Shown here: positions 1 through 10,456 of the stretch, in pieces | How positions within the stretch are numbered: position 1 is the stretch's first letter | Layout: every line of letters starts with the position of its first letter | Assembly (NCBI RefSeq): GCF_040938485.1 | Contig: NW_027272137.1 | Coordinates: forward strand, 620,001 to 684,000 | DNA: 64,000 nt | From: Diadema antillarum | Taxonomy: Eukaryota | Reading direction: 5' to 3' | Notes under the pieces: model-generated | What the model was told of the DNA's origin: nothing | The model's input: the letters and a program-made list of their open reading frames with translations, nothing else | The model's database searches: none | Program-made: the position numbers and the translations under genes

Positions 1-603
1 TACAAGTGTACATTGTAGTGGAGGAAAGGACACTGAAATGTTGTAAAAGCGGAAGTTTTCTCGCGATTAATTTTGCCGCTCAGCCAGATAAGATAATTTC
101 ACACTTTTTAATTTCCCAGACGGTCACAATTGAATGAGCACTTCAATCAGTTCACTGCTGCCATGACAGCTATAAAGGGCTTTGGCAACATAAACTATGG
201 TGAGGGGTAACAGGTCCACATTTCACGCTACAGATCTAGTAAACAGAACAAAAAGTAGAAGTAACAAAGAAGCAATACAATAAACAAAAAATTGCAAGCT
301 TTTTTTTGTGTGTGCTAGTTTCCTGTTGCTTAAAATGTTAGGAATTTTCCACTTTTACAGGATAACATAAAACTTGGTTTGGTTTTATTGGACAAACATT
401 TGCACCTTTATTACACAATTCCCATACCACCTGTACATGTGTGTTCTGTCAGTTTTTGTATGAGTAAGCTACAGCTATACAGTGCCCTGTAGACATTCCA
501 ACTCCCACATGGTAGCTGATTGGGGTTGGCAAGGTCCAAGTTGTAAGGGGCTGGGGCGTTGTTCTGAGGGGCTATGTCATAAAGCGTATTTTTTTTGGGG
601 GGA

Positions 604-1274
604 GGGGCATTTCATGAAGCGATCTGTCACATATTTTTTCTGACAAACTGTCATAAGCTAACAAAATCCTTGCATGTGATTGGCTCAGAGCAAATTTGTT
701 TGACAGATTTGTTGGACAAAATGCTTCATGAAATGACCCTCAGATATTTTTTCTGACAAACTGTTATAAACTACTGAAATCCTTGCTTCTAATTGGCTGA
801 GAGAAAATTGGTCTAATAAATTTGTCGGGCAAAACGCTTTATGAAATGCCCTATTAAGTGTTTTGTCAGATATTTTTCTGACAAACCTGTTATGAGCAGA
901 GACTCCAACCCAAAGCACCTTCTGATCTGGAGATTCTCCCGCCCGAAACCCCTTGCAAAAGGGAGATTCCAAGCTGATGTGTGCGAAGTTCCAAGGGTTC
1001 TGATGTTCTCTAGTGCTAAGGTTTATTTTTTCAACATACGATAGCAGTAAGTAAAAAATCCTTTCCACCGGGAGACACAGAGCCAGGGCGGGAGAAATCA
1101 AATCTCAAGCGGGAGAACAGGAGATTTTGCAAAAATGGGCTTTCGTCGGGAGATCTCCCATCGAAAACGGGAGAGTTGGAGTCTCTGTATGAGCCACTGA
1201 AAACCTTGCTCGTGATTGGATGAGAGCAAATTTGTCCAACAAATTGTGAGACGAAACGCATCATCAAATGCCCC
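604..1274. mobile_element. MITE with GGGGCATTT termini (PIF/Harbinger-like), interrupted by a nested element
   Basis: Terminal inverted repeats GGGGCATTTCATGAAGCG (~604) and CGCATCATCAAATGCCCC (~1274). Internal sub-repeats of the type tttttctgacaaactgt. Superfamily is inferred. Confidence 0.55.
897..1187. mobile_element. Non-autonomous DNA transposon, TIR CAGAGACTCCAA (copy 1)
   Basis: CAGAGACTCCAA...TTGGAGTCTCTG termini flanked by direct repeat TATGAG. Homologous to 4855-5176. Confidence 0.8.
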
Positions 1275-3085
1275 CCAGGTCAATCTCACAAGATTTACCG
1301 AGTAGTTTCCTCCGTAGGACCACTCTGACATGCTGCTGATGGGTGCAAGCCCCATTGATGCATGGAGAAGGCCCACCCTAAATAGATGTGTGTTTGTGTG
1401 TATGCTTGGGTGTTTGGGTTTTATATGGGTGTGTGGTTTGCCAAGATGGAGGTCATTCAGTCCAATATATCAAAAATCATGTAGGGTCCAAAAAGATAAC
1501 TAGCCATGGTCTAAGCAAGACATCAACATTTTGTCAACAAGAATCTTTAATGTGCACACAATAGACCAAGGTATTATGGCTTTAACAAAGGTCCAGTGTA
1601 TTAAAGTTAAGTTAGTAAAGTTAAAAGCTTCCCATTCATAGGGTGATGCTTTATAATTGTGTAAGCTGGTTATGTAACATTCATGAAAACCCAATTTCTG
1701 TGAAATTTTAACTCTTTGGGACATATCATGCCATTTCTTCAATTCTCTTTGTTTTTACACATACATTTGTTCACACTTTACCAGTTTGGTGCAACGTAAA
1801 GTTTTATGAAATTTGATATTCCGGAATGGAATTTCATTTCAAGCAGAATGGATCCGGGTGTGTGGGTGTCAGATCACCGCCAGAAAGACAAAGCTACGTC
1901 CATTTATTTGGTCTTGGTGTTATCCTTCTCACTCACAGCGTAAACAAACTCCTTTCAACATCCGTTTCACCAAGCAGTTGAAATGTGTACACCAGACTTC
2001 TCTTCTTGCACACTCTTGTCATCAAGCCTGTTGGTATTTTGACACAAATTATTTATTTACACTGGTCAGATGTCAACAGCAAACTTGATGCATCACTCCT
2101 GCCTGTATCATGACCAGCACCCCTTCACAATGTTGACTGATTCTATACGCTCCTGTAAACATTCATATACAGCTAAACAAGACATTGAGAGAACTATGCA
2201 CTTCCAACCAAACCACAAGATGAGATCAGAAAACAAAGCAATACAAAATACTTTTTTTCTTTTGTTTTTTCCCATAAATTATTTTATTTTCAGAGAGCAA
2301 TTTTCTTGGGTTTGTGCCATTTCATAACGGGTTAAGTGTCCAAATTTACAAGCACAACATATTGAAATCATATACGTTGATAAACGAGACTGTAGTCACC
2401 ATTTGTGCTATTTTAGATATAGATTAAGTGGAGGCGGCAACACTAGCTTCATGATTAAATTAAATACATCTAAACTTCATTTGGGCACAAAACAAACACA
2501 ACATGAGAGGGCCAATCCACAGGACCAGCTCTCAATTTACTCCACTGGGAGATATCACCAAAAAAACAACAACAACAACAACAACAGCAACAACACATAA
2601 TAACAAAGTTGTGTGCTGGTCATCTCACTCGGCCATGTTTCACTACAAGAAAACGGATATGAAGCCACTTGACACAATCATGGGCAAATATTGGTCTTTG
2701 TGGTCAGTTTTGAAAGTCAAAGTACCTTTTTGAGATATCAAATATCTAGACAAGTATTGAAGACTGCCCTCTATGAAGGACACTGAGACAGGAATGTGGT
2801 TTATCTGTGTGAAGTGTCCACAGCTATCTACAAAGTCTCAGCATTTAAAGGTAAACGTAGACCCATCAAACTAGATCAAAACCAGCCTAATTTGACATCG
2901 CCACATATTGACAGTCATCTGACTACAATGCACCATTCCATGTTGATTTCTGCTGATGTCAAAAGATCTACAGGACCAAACATTGTGGAGCTGAACCACA
3001 GGTTGTTGTTTTTGCTTTTTCTTTTTCTTTTCTGCATCCACTAAGCTCCACCCCAACTCCCCTCCCCCCCCCCAAAAAAAAAAAA

Positions 3086-4066
3086 AACTAGAAATGTCGC
3101 TACGGCGACTGGTGTATGCCTCCGCCATAATGCATGGTTCTCCTAATAGGTCTATAGTACAATGTCTTGACAATGTGTGATGACAGTTTCACACAATTGG
3201 CAAAATATTAAAATGACAGGTTTGCCACAAATGTGCTGAATCTTCACTTTCCTAGAACTAGGTTCAATTGGATGATTAAAACGTCAGAGTGCAGGTATTT
3301 GGGGGAACTGATGATTTTTACTTGACTTTTGACCCTTTTATAAGTTTATGCATTGAGTAATTTTCAAGGTATTGAGAAAAAGTATAATTTCAGTATCAAA
3401 TGGTAAAATAGTATTATCTAAACCTTGCCTTTGACCTTTGACCTCACAGTTCCAAAGAGAATCACTTTTAGGTAGAACATGCATAAATATGTAAGTTTCA
3501 TGATAATACCTTGAGTTACTTTTGAGATATGGAGGAAGAAGTGCAATTTAGCACTTTCACTTGACCTTTGACCTTTTGACCTTTGACCTTTTGGCAAGAA
3601 ACTTCCCACAGAATATATATTGGGTTATACATGCATACATCAAGTTAAAAAAAAAATCCTTCAGGCATTGCATAAATATAAGGAAAGTAGTGATATTTTG
3701 AGGAGTTGACCTTGACCTTTGACCCCCTGACCTTTGACCCATGACCCCCAACTTCCCTAGATAATCACTGCCCATCGGTATATGCATATATACTAAGTTC
3801 CATGAAGATGCCTTGAACCATTTGCGATATGGAGAAAAACATGAAATTTCAACCTTTTTTTCACAAAATAATCTGTGACCTTTGACCTTTGACCCCGTGA
3901 CCCCGTGACCCTAAAATCCAAACAAAGTATCATCCCTCCAGGATATACCCTCATACCAAGTTTGATGCAAAACCACCTCACGGTTCTTGAGATATCGACA
4001 AAAACAAAACAGGACGGACGTACGGACGGACGGACGACCCGAAAACATGTTGGCGGAGGCATAAAA
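3086..4066. mobile_element. Helentron-associated (DINE-1/HINE-like) non-autonomous element
   Basis: AACTAG at one end (CTAG on the opposite strand). Subterminal inverted repeat TATGCCTCCGCCA / TGGCGGAGGCATA. (GGAC)n microsatellite. A-run flanks. Many TGACCTTTGACC repeats. Family is inferred from architecture. Confidence 0.6.
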
Positions 4067-4854
4067 ACTATCGTCCTTCATAAAGCTATCATCAGTAAAG
4101 TCAGCTTAGATAAGCATTGTGATGCATAAAGTTATACACCTTACCCTGACTAATTAATGCAAAAGCTAATAATAGCAAGAGAGGCCTCAGAACAGCATAT
4201 CAGAACCTTCCAATTATGATAAATAGTCATTGCTATTGTCATTTTTATATTGCATGTACTGCTGTAGTCATTGAGTCTACAGCAAGAAAAAGTGTAGAAT
4301 TGTACTGTATAAAACATGTCTTGCTATTGTGAGCTGGTCAATCTCATACAAGGTAAAGTTCCAATTCAGAATTTTAAATTCTGAAAAGTCTGATGCATAG
4401 ACTACTGAGAGCAAAGTACAGCTTTACAAAACTGCAAGAAAATGTCACATGACTGATTGGAACAGCACCTCACTGTTTTCACACAATCCTCCGCTATTTC
4501 CCTGAAGGATGCATGTAATCGTTCACGGTCAGTGGTCAACATGCTTTTTGGGAATTTCAAAGGGCAGATGTCAATTAAATTCATTCCAGTTACAGAAAGA
4601 AAATTGTGATCAGCAGCACTGGTGGAAAGATATTTCATGGTCAAATCTCCTACATCATCCCAGAATTACACATGAGAAATGTGCAAATGTTAGCAGGGAA
4701 TTAATGTTGTCCTCAACAGTTTCTCAACAGAGCCAAATATAAAATCAGTTTTACATTCGTTTAGAGTTCCTACTCAGAATTGAAAGTGTAAGAGCTACAG
4801 AAGTTATATTTAGTCAAATATGAATTGAAGGGTGCGCTTTTACAAACCTACTTG

Positions 4855-5176
4855 CAGAGACTCCAACCCCAATCACCTTCTGATCTGGAGATTCTCCCGC
4901 CTGAAACCCCTAGCAAACAGGAGACTCCATTTTGGTGTGCGCAAAGCGCAAAGTTCTTTGCGGCCGGGGTCCAGCTCTAGGGTTCCAGATGCTCTCTCGT
5001 GCAATTTAAGGCTTATTTTTCAACATACGATGACACTAAGTAAGAAATCATTTCAAGCGGGAGACACAGAGCCAGGGCGGGAGAAATTAAATGTCAAGCG
5101 GGAGAATGGGAGGTTTTGCAAAAATGGGCTTTCGGCGGGAGATCTCCCATCAAAAGCGGGAGATTTGGAGTCTCTG
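4855..5176. mobile_element. Non-autonomous DNA transposon, TIR CAGAGACTCCAA (copy 2)
   Basis: Same termini and internal sequence as 897-1187. Flanks TACTTG/TACTAG. Confidence 0.8.
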
Positions 5177-5239
5177 TACTAGTAAACACACTTTAAAACA
5201 CACAGGGAAAGATACTCATACCACCAGCATTCAAAACTC

Positions 5240-5258
5240 TGGCCACTAGAGGGCGCCA
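5240..5258 (+). promoter_or_regulatory. CTCF-like binding motif
   Basis: TGGCCACTAGAGGGCGCCA matches the consensus TGGCCACCAGGGGGCGCTA at 16/19 positions. A weaker copy CAGGCACTAGAGGGAGCCC is at 5362-5380. Confidence 0.5.
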
Positions 5259-5719
5259 TATCAGTACAACATGCAATGCAGTCTCAGGAACTTGCTGTTG
5301 ACAAGCCAAAATACATGGAAGATTCATTTGCATGATTAGCAGAGGCAAACTGTCACTTTTTCAGGCACTAGAGGGAGCCCTATCTCCACAAACCGGACCC
5401 TGACTCCACTGTTGGGTGACAAGGCCAACATCCAATGCCTCATGCTTGCCTAAATTTCCCCTGCAAGCTCCACCAATTAGAGTATCATAAGCAAACCAAC
5501 TCAGACCACATCAGACGTCACAGATGATACCACAACTCCTAGGTCTCATTCAGTCATTAAATGGCACTCCATCTAGATCCACCCCTCACTCTCAAGTGTT
5601 GGGACTGTATCGGTCTGGATTAGTACCGTCCATTTCCTCTGTCCACTACTGACCTTCATCAAGGCATTGGTGTGGTCTGGTAACGTCTGATGGAGGGACG
5701 GTGCAATCAGATGGCGACC

Positions 5720-8700
5720 TCACCTCACTTTCTTGAGGCCGAGGACAGCAATTAAAACCCCAACCTCTACCAGGACTGGAAAAGCACTGTGGGTAACAGA
5801 AACCACATTTTTCACAAACAGTAAAGAAATAAACAAAATAATCTTTCAGAATCAAGCAGTAATTTCACTTTTCATGAGATGTTGGGAAACATATACCGGT
5901 ATGCATGTTTTGTTGTAGTCATTACTGTTTTACAGTCCGAGAGAATGGGAATGTATGCTGAAGATAATTTGTATTGCCCCTTGTCTCGATTCATCATGTG
6001 TTCCTGCCCCCGTTGTATGTGTATCGCTTCTCTTATCCAACGTGTGAATTTGTTGCTGTCTTTGGACACAATCTTGCTCTTTTTCTACATAGGGGAGACG
6101 GGCAGGATATTCGGAGTCAGGAAGTCAGAACACCAAAAAGAGGCAGAGTCACTGGGGAAGACATATTTCACAAGGGCTAAAAAGAAGGAGGCAGATCTTA
6201 CTCCTAAAAAGTCAGCCATAAGTGATCACGTGGCGCAGGAAAACCACATCATTGACTGGAAAAAGAGCAAGATTGTGTCCTGTGACAGCAACAAATTCAC
6301 ACGTTGGATAAGAGAGGCTATCCACATACAACGGGGGCAGGAACATATGATGAATCGTGACGAGGGGCAATACAAATTATCTTCAGCGTACATTCCCATT
6401 CCTCGGACTGTAAGACTGCCTACACCCCATCTACGGCGAATCAACGCCAGTCTGATGAAGCCTACAGACAGTAGGCGAAAGCTCACGCAAGGTAAATAGT
6501 TTTCTTAGGTTGTGTACAAATGAAATTTCACCTTAATTAGTCATTACTGTTGTTTTGTTTTGTTTGGTTTCTCCTGAATTTCCTTTTGATCACCATATAA
6601 TGTTAATCTAGGAGGTGAGTGGTGTACACGTTTGTACTGTAAACTACAGTCAGGTGGCTATCATAACAGCAGATGAAACAAATATTGTAAGACACAAATG
6701 GACTAATGCAGAGAAACATTATCTCCTCTGCTGAAGTATAATGAATTGCAAACATGGAACTTTTTCATGAATAATTTTTCATTGTCAGTCAGGTCATAGA
6801 AATTTCTGCAGAATCAAAGATGTACAATGTAAATCATTGTTATGTAATACAAGCAAAAATATTCACACACTTTTATTTTTGTGCTAGTTTTGTGTCAAAT
6901 GAAATGCGTGAAAATTTCCACAACCCAAAAATGTACACTTTATAGTACTTTGATAGTCATACATGTCTAAAAGAGGTTTTCCAAAAAAAAAATCCCTTGT
7001 ATAAACAAACCATGATTCCTCTAGCCAGGCTGTTTTCTATTAAATCTATGACTGCAAAGCACTAATTGCATACATATACATGTTTCTTGAATACTGCTTT
7101 GCTTCTATTCTCATCATCGTATAGGATTAATTTCTTGAACTGATATCTAATCTTCTAAGTTAAAAGATTGTTATGTTGATATTACAACAGACATGAATGA
7201 ATAATTACCACCAACATCATCAAAATCCTTTTTGTTATATCCTATCAAAAGTTATCATCTCATTTTGCCCTGACTGCAGCCGATCCTTACCTGCAAAATC
7301 CAAAGATGTACCAGAAGATATAGCAGGGCCATTCCTCAAACAGGTAGAATGAAAGAGCAATGGCTGCACTCGAATGACAAGCAGTTGCTATGGCGATATG
7401 AAATGAGTCAAGGTCAGAGCAGATAAACTGGAATGCAAGTTTAACCCGTTGAGGACAAGTCCCCAGTACATAATACCCGGCAGGTGTTTACGGGAAATGC
7501 GTGTCTTGGCAAAATCAGTCCATTCTCAATGGGCTAAAGTGTGAAATCTCTCCAAACTTTGTGATCTTTATAGGTTGCATGTAAACTTCTTTTTACCAGC
7601 GATGATCGGTCAAATGATACCAAATTCCATAAATGAGAGATATTTATCCCAATTACAACAAATACAACTAAAAATATAAAGAAATGTGATTGAGGTTACT
7701 GGTACTGAAATAAAATTACAAAATAGTGATGCATTCTCACAATCAAAGGCATATTGTCTGTTACTTCTCTACTTGGAGTCAAAAGGGGCCTAAGCTTTCG
7801 ATTCTGTCAGAGGCAAACCTCTGACGAAGATTCTGCTAGAATTAAAAGCTCAGGCCCCTTTTGACTTCATTTTGCTCCATTGGCTCGCCACTATTGGATA
7901 AGCAGTTTTCAGCATTTTTTTTTTTTGCTACTTCTTTACTTTGTAGATAATTCAATAGAAAGCCAAATAGGCTAAAATAACTAGCATTTGCAGACAAATT
8001 TCAATAATTAATCTTCTGCTTTACAGTGATCTTCGAGGAAAAGACAGCCAATGTTAACAAAACAGATATGTTTCCAAATAAACTTGAAACAGTCATGTGT
8101 GTGGATTTATGTCTCCATGAAAAGGATACAAAGCAATCCAACCGGGTGTATGAACATTGAGATCCCTGCCATGAAGCCGATAAGTTCAATGGACAGGAAT
8201 ACTATGCTGAGAGCAAGACCAATTATTAACCTGAAAGAGACGAAAATTGGACAAAGTAGTAAAAAAATTGACCAAACATAAAAAAGGTTACCACTCTTAT
8301 GTGCAAAGCATTGTGGGGATCTCACAGAGAAACAATTTGATATGCTTAAAATGACATTTTGATGAGAAAACATACTATGATTGTGATTGAAGACTAACAG
8401 ATCAAATGTTGGAAAAATAAACTAACAAACCATGGGCCATTTTGATGTCAAATCTGAATGGATACACACTATATAGCAACATTTCTGCCATGTGCTGATG
8501 TCATTTTACAGAGTCAGTAGAATCTTTTACAAAGAGGTGATTCAAAGTACATTTGCCTTCATGAGATCTATGACAGGCTATGACATAAATTGAGCTAACC
8601 CTCTGAACACCAACACCCCCAAATCCCATTGTTTTTGTATACAATCGTGCTGCCTTCAGCCACAATGGCCCGAATTCACGAAGGTGGTTTAAATTTAAAC

Positions 8701-10456
8701 CATGGTCTAAAATAAGCGTTAAATAGGCGCACCAATACTTGCGCGCATCAATGCACGTTTTTTTACTGGATGGCTGTTAGCGTACGCAATCTGTCAATCA
8801 TAAATATGCAGAAGAAATATACATAAACCATGGTTTAAATTTAGACCACCTTCGTGAATTCGGGCCTTTAGGTTTAAGAGGCTGTGACCAGAGACTGTTC
8901 ATTTTATTTCTTATTATAATTATTATTACTGGGTTTGTTTGTTGTTGTTGTTGGGTTTTTTTTTTTTTGGGGGGGGGCACTGATGTCAAACAAGTGGCTA
9001 CAGGAATAATTTCCACACTGCAGTCCACAAAGGATGTTGGTAAAGGCATTCCATAAAAGGTTAAAAAGCATTTTGCTGCCCAAACTGATAACTTTCATGA
9101 ACCACTGATCATTGATGGTATTTCCTAGTCTGTCATAAACTCTACTGGTGGACTTACGCTGTGTCGACAGAGTTGTACTGCTCTGCTGTGTACACTTCTG
9201 GTAAGCAGGCTCTCACATTGGCATCCTATGAGGGAAAATGTATTACTGTAATTACATTTACAATACAGTTGAACCTCTCGTATCCGGACAAGTCGGGACC
9301 GGGGCTCATCCGGATAAGGGATTTGGCCGGATACGGGAGACTCAATACTTTATACATGTACATATACATACACATGTACTGATGTAGCCCATTGTAGTAC
9401 CACATCTACAAGTATAGTAACGTGTATACTGCAACCTTTTCATTGTTACATTTGGAGATGTTTGAGGATGTTAAAACGTCTGAAGGTAAGCAATTTGGAA
9501 GGAAATTTGATGTAATGTATGTTAATCATGTTGAAAGTAATATGTAATTCATGTGTGTTTGTGTAGGAGTTCTCAAGGAGTTGGGAATCCCCCTTTCCTC
9601 CCGTAATTATCAAAAAAATCATGGCGAGATTGCGTCCATATAATAGAGAGATCCGGATAAAGGGAGGCCGGATAAGAGAGGTTCAACTGTACTATAATAG
9701 AATATGATCATCCATTCAAACAATTGTCTTTCCATGAGTACTTCTCCTGGTGCGATTTAATCACTGTAACTCATTCTAATGTTGGAATTCTGTGGAAGAT
9801 AAAAAATAGTCTCATCATTCCTCACTACATTGCACATCTTTTTTTTAGCCATGAAAGTCTTCAGCAACAGGGTAGACAAATTGACTGAAAAGTTGATGAT
9901 TTTCCTGAACTTTATATTATTGAAAAGTCAGTGTTAATCAAATAGCATACCATTGCTGCATTCAAATGATTGCTCATACTTCTCCCCCCTTTCAGAGCAA
10001 TCTTGAAATTCCTCCTATCAATACTAACACCTGACCAAAACAAAATACACTGTGAATGTGAGACAGAGATTATCCACTGTCTTCACATGGAAAATTAAAA
10101 GTGGAACCACTATTTTGATAACATGTGAAATTTAAAGAATATTGAGAGAACCTGCAAAATGTGCTTTCATTCATGTCATTATCTGAACTGTCTGCCACAA
10201 TCTTCACTATCTCAGTTTATGAACTTCATTCACTTGACACATTACGAACAGTTACTTCATTTGTAAACATCAGAGTTGTTTGCGCTATTGCTTCTCATAC
10301 CTGCATCTGTTTATGTTTGTCTAGATTTTTTTGTTTGTTTGGGGGAGGGGTGGTTTTCTTCTTAATACTTACCCTAGACCAGATGAGGGTGATCAATATT
10401 ACCAGGTGAGCTATCAGGCACAGAAATCGCGCTGGTATCAGATTTGTTATTGCCAT
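5720..10456 (-). CDS. TMEM107: Transmembrane protein 107 (ciliary transition zone, MKS module), 138 aa
   Basis: Exons 10456-10373 (MAITNLIPARFLCLIAHLVILITLIWSR), 9225-9158 (DANVRACLPEVYTAEQYNSVDT), 8230-8130 (LIIGLALSIVFLSIELIGFMAGISMF..), 7387-7291 (..CHSSAAIALSFYLFEEWPCYIFWYIFGFCS) and 5786-5720 (AFPVLVEVGVLIAVLGLKKVR*). All introns GT-AG, phases consistent, total 417 nt. Matches human TMEM107 (LVPSRFLTLLAHLVVVITLFWSRD...ERWECTTYWYIFVFCSALP). Confidence 0.96.
5930..6537 (+). mobile_element. 5'-truncated Penelope-like retroelement (GIY-YIG endonuclease C-terminus) with inverted 3' duplication
   Basis: 6086-6410 encodes YIGETGR..RKSEH..SAISDHVAQENHIIDW..RWIREAIHI..MNRDEG, typical of PLE GIY-YIG. 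5930-6085 is the reverse complement of ~6255-6413. A 14-bp direct repeat TAGTCATTACTGTT lies at 5916-5929 and 6538-6551. Confidence 0.9.
6450..6486 (+). ncRNA. Minimal type-I hammerhead ribozyme motif of the Penelope element
   Basis: GT-CTGATGA-A-GCCTAC(AGACA)GTAGGC-GAAA-GC-TC-AC. Intact core, 6-bp stem II, palindromic AGCT stem III, only a 2-bp stem I. Confidence 0.7.
7441..7537. mobile_element. ~90-bp piggyBac-like MITE (copy 1, degenerate)
   Basis: TTAACCCGTTGAGGAC...TCTCAATGGGCTAA. Family also at 23994-24086 and 63048-63140. Confidence 0.75.
7775..7868 (+). ncRNA. Head-to-head palindrome of a degenerate hammerhead ribozyme motif (PLE pLTR/retrozyme-like remnant)
   Basis: 7818-7854 reads CCT-CTGACGA-A-GATTCT(GCT)AGAATT-AAAA-GC-TC-AGG. 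The inverted arm (7775-7813) keeps CGAAAGCTTAGG but lacks 12 nt of the core and stem II. Confidence 0.6.
8667..8866. mobile_element. MITE, TIR GGCCCGAATTCAC (Harbinger-like)
   Basis: GGCCCGAATTCACGAAGGTGGT...ACCACCTTCGTGAATTCGGGCC. A related 54-bp hairpin is at 45070-45123. Confidence 0.75.
9264..9691. mobile_element. pogo/Tigger-like MITE
   Basis: TA|CAGTTGAACCTCTC...GAGAGGTTCAACTG|TA. Confidence 0.8.

Larger units (their letters stand above)
7388..8129 (-). other. U12-type (minor spliceosome) GT-AG intron of TMEM107
   Basis: 5' splice site GTATCCTTTT (8129-8120). Branch-point-like TGACCTTGAC (7416-7407) about 20 nt from the 3' TAG. No long polypyrimidine tract. Confidence 0.88.

Noticed and set aside
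440-2550. Scattered minus-strand peptides resembling kelch or EGF motifs (TWTLPTPISYHVGVG ~530, PSPCINGACT..GKSCEID ~1370-1270, WSKLRAGPVDWPSH ~2545)
   Set aside because: I could not join them into a phase-consistent gene. Each ends in a nearby stop, and the resemblance may be chance.
4402-4644. 80-aa minus-strand ORF that looks protein-like
   Set aside because: No recognisable homology, an in-frame stop just upstream, and poor splice signals.
5200-5720. U8 snoRNA (SNORD118), which lies at the 3' end of human TMEM107
   Set aside because: No U8-like 5' motif with box C/D on the minus strand here. The ATCCTTACCTG (7283) and CCTTTACCTGTT (14287) look-alikes are reverse complements of splice donors. 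An Infernal search with RF00096 would settle it.
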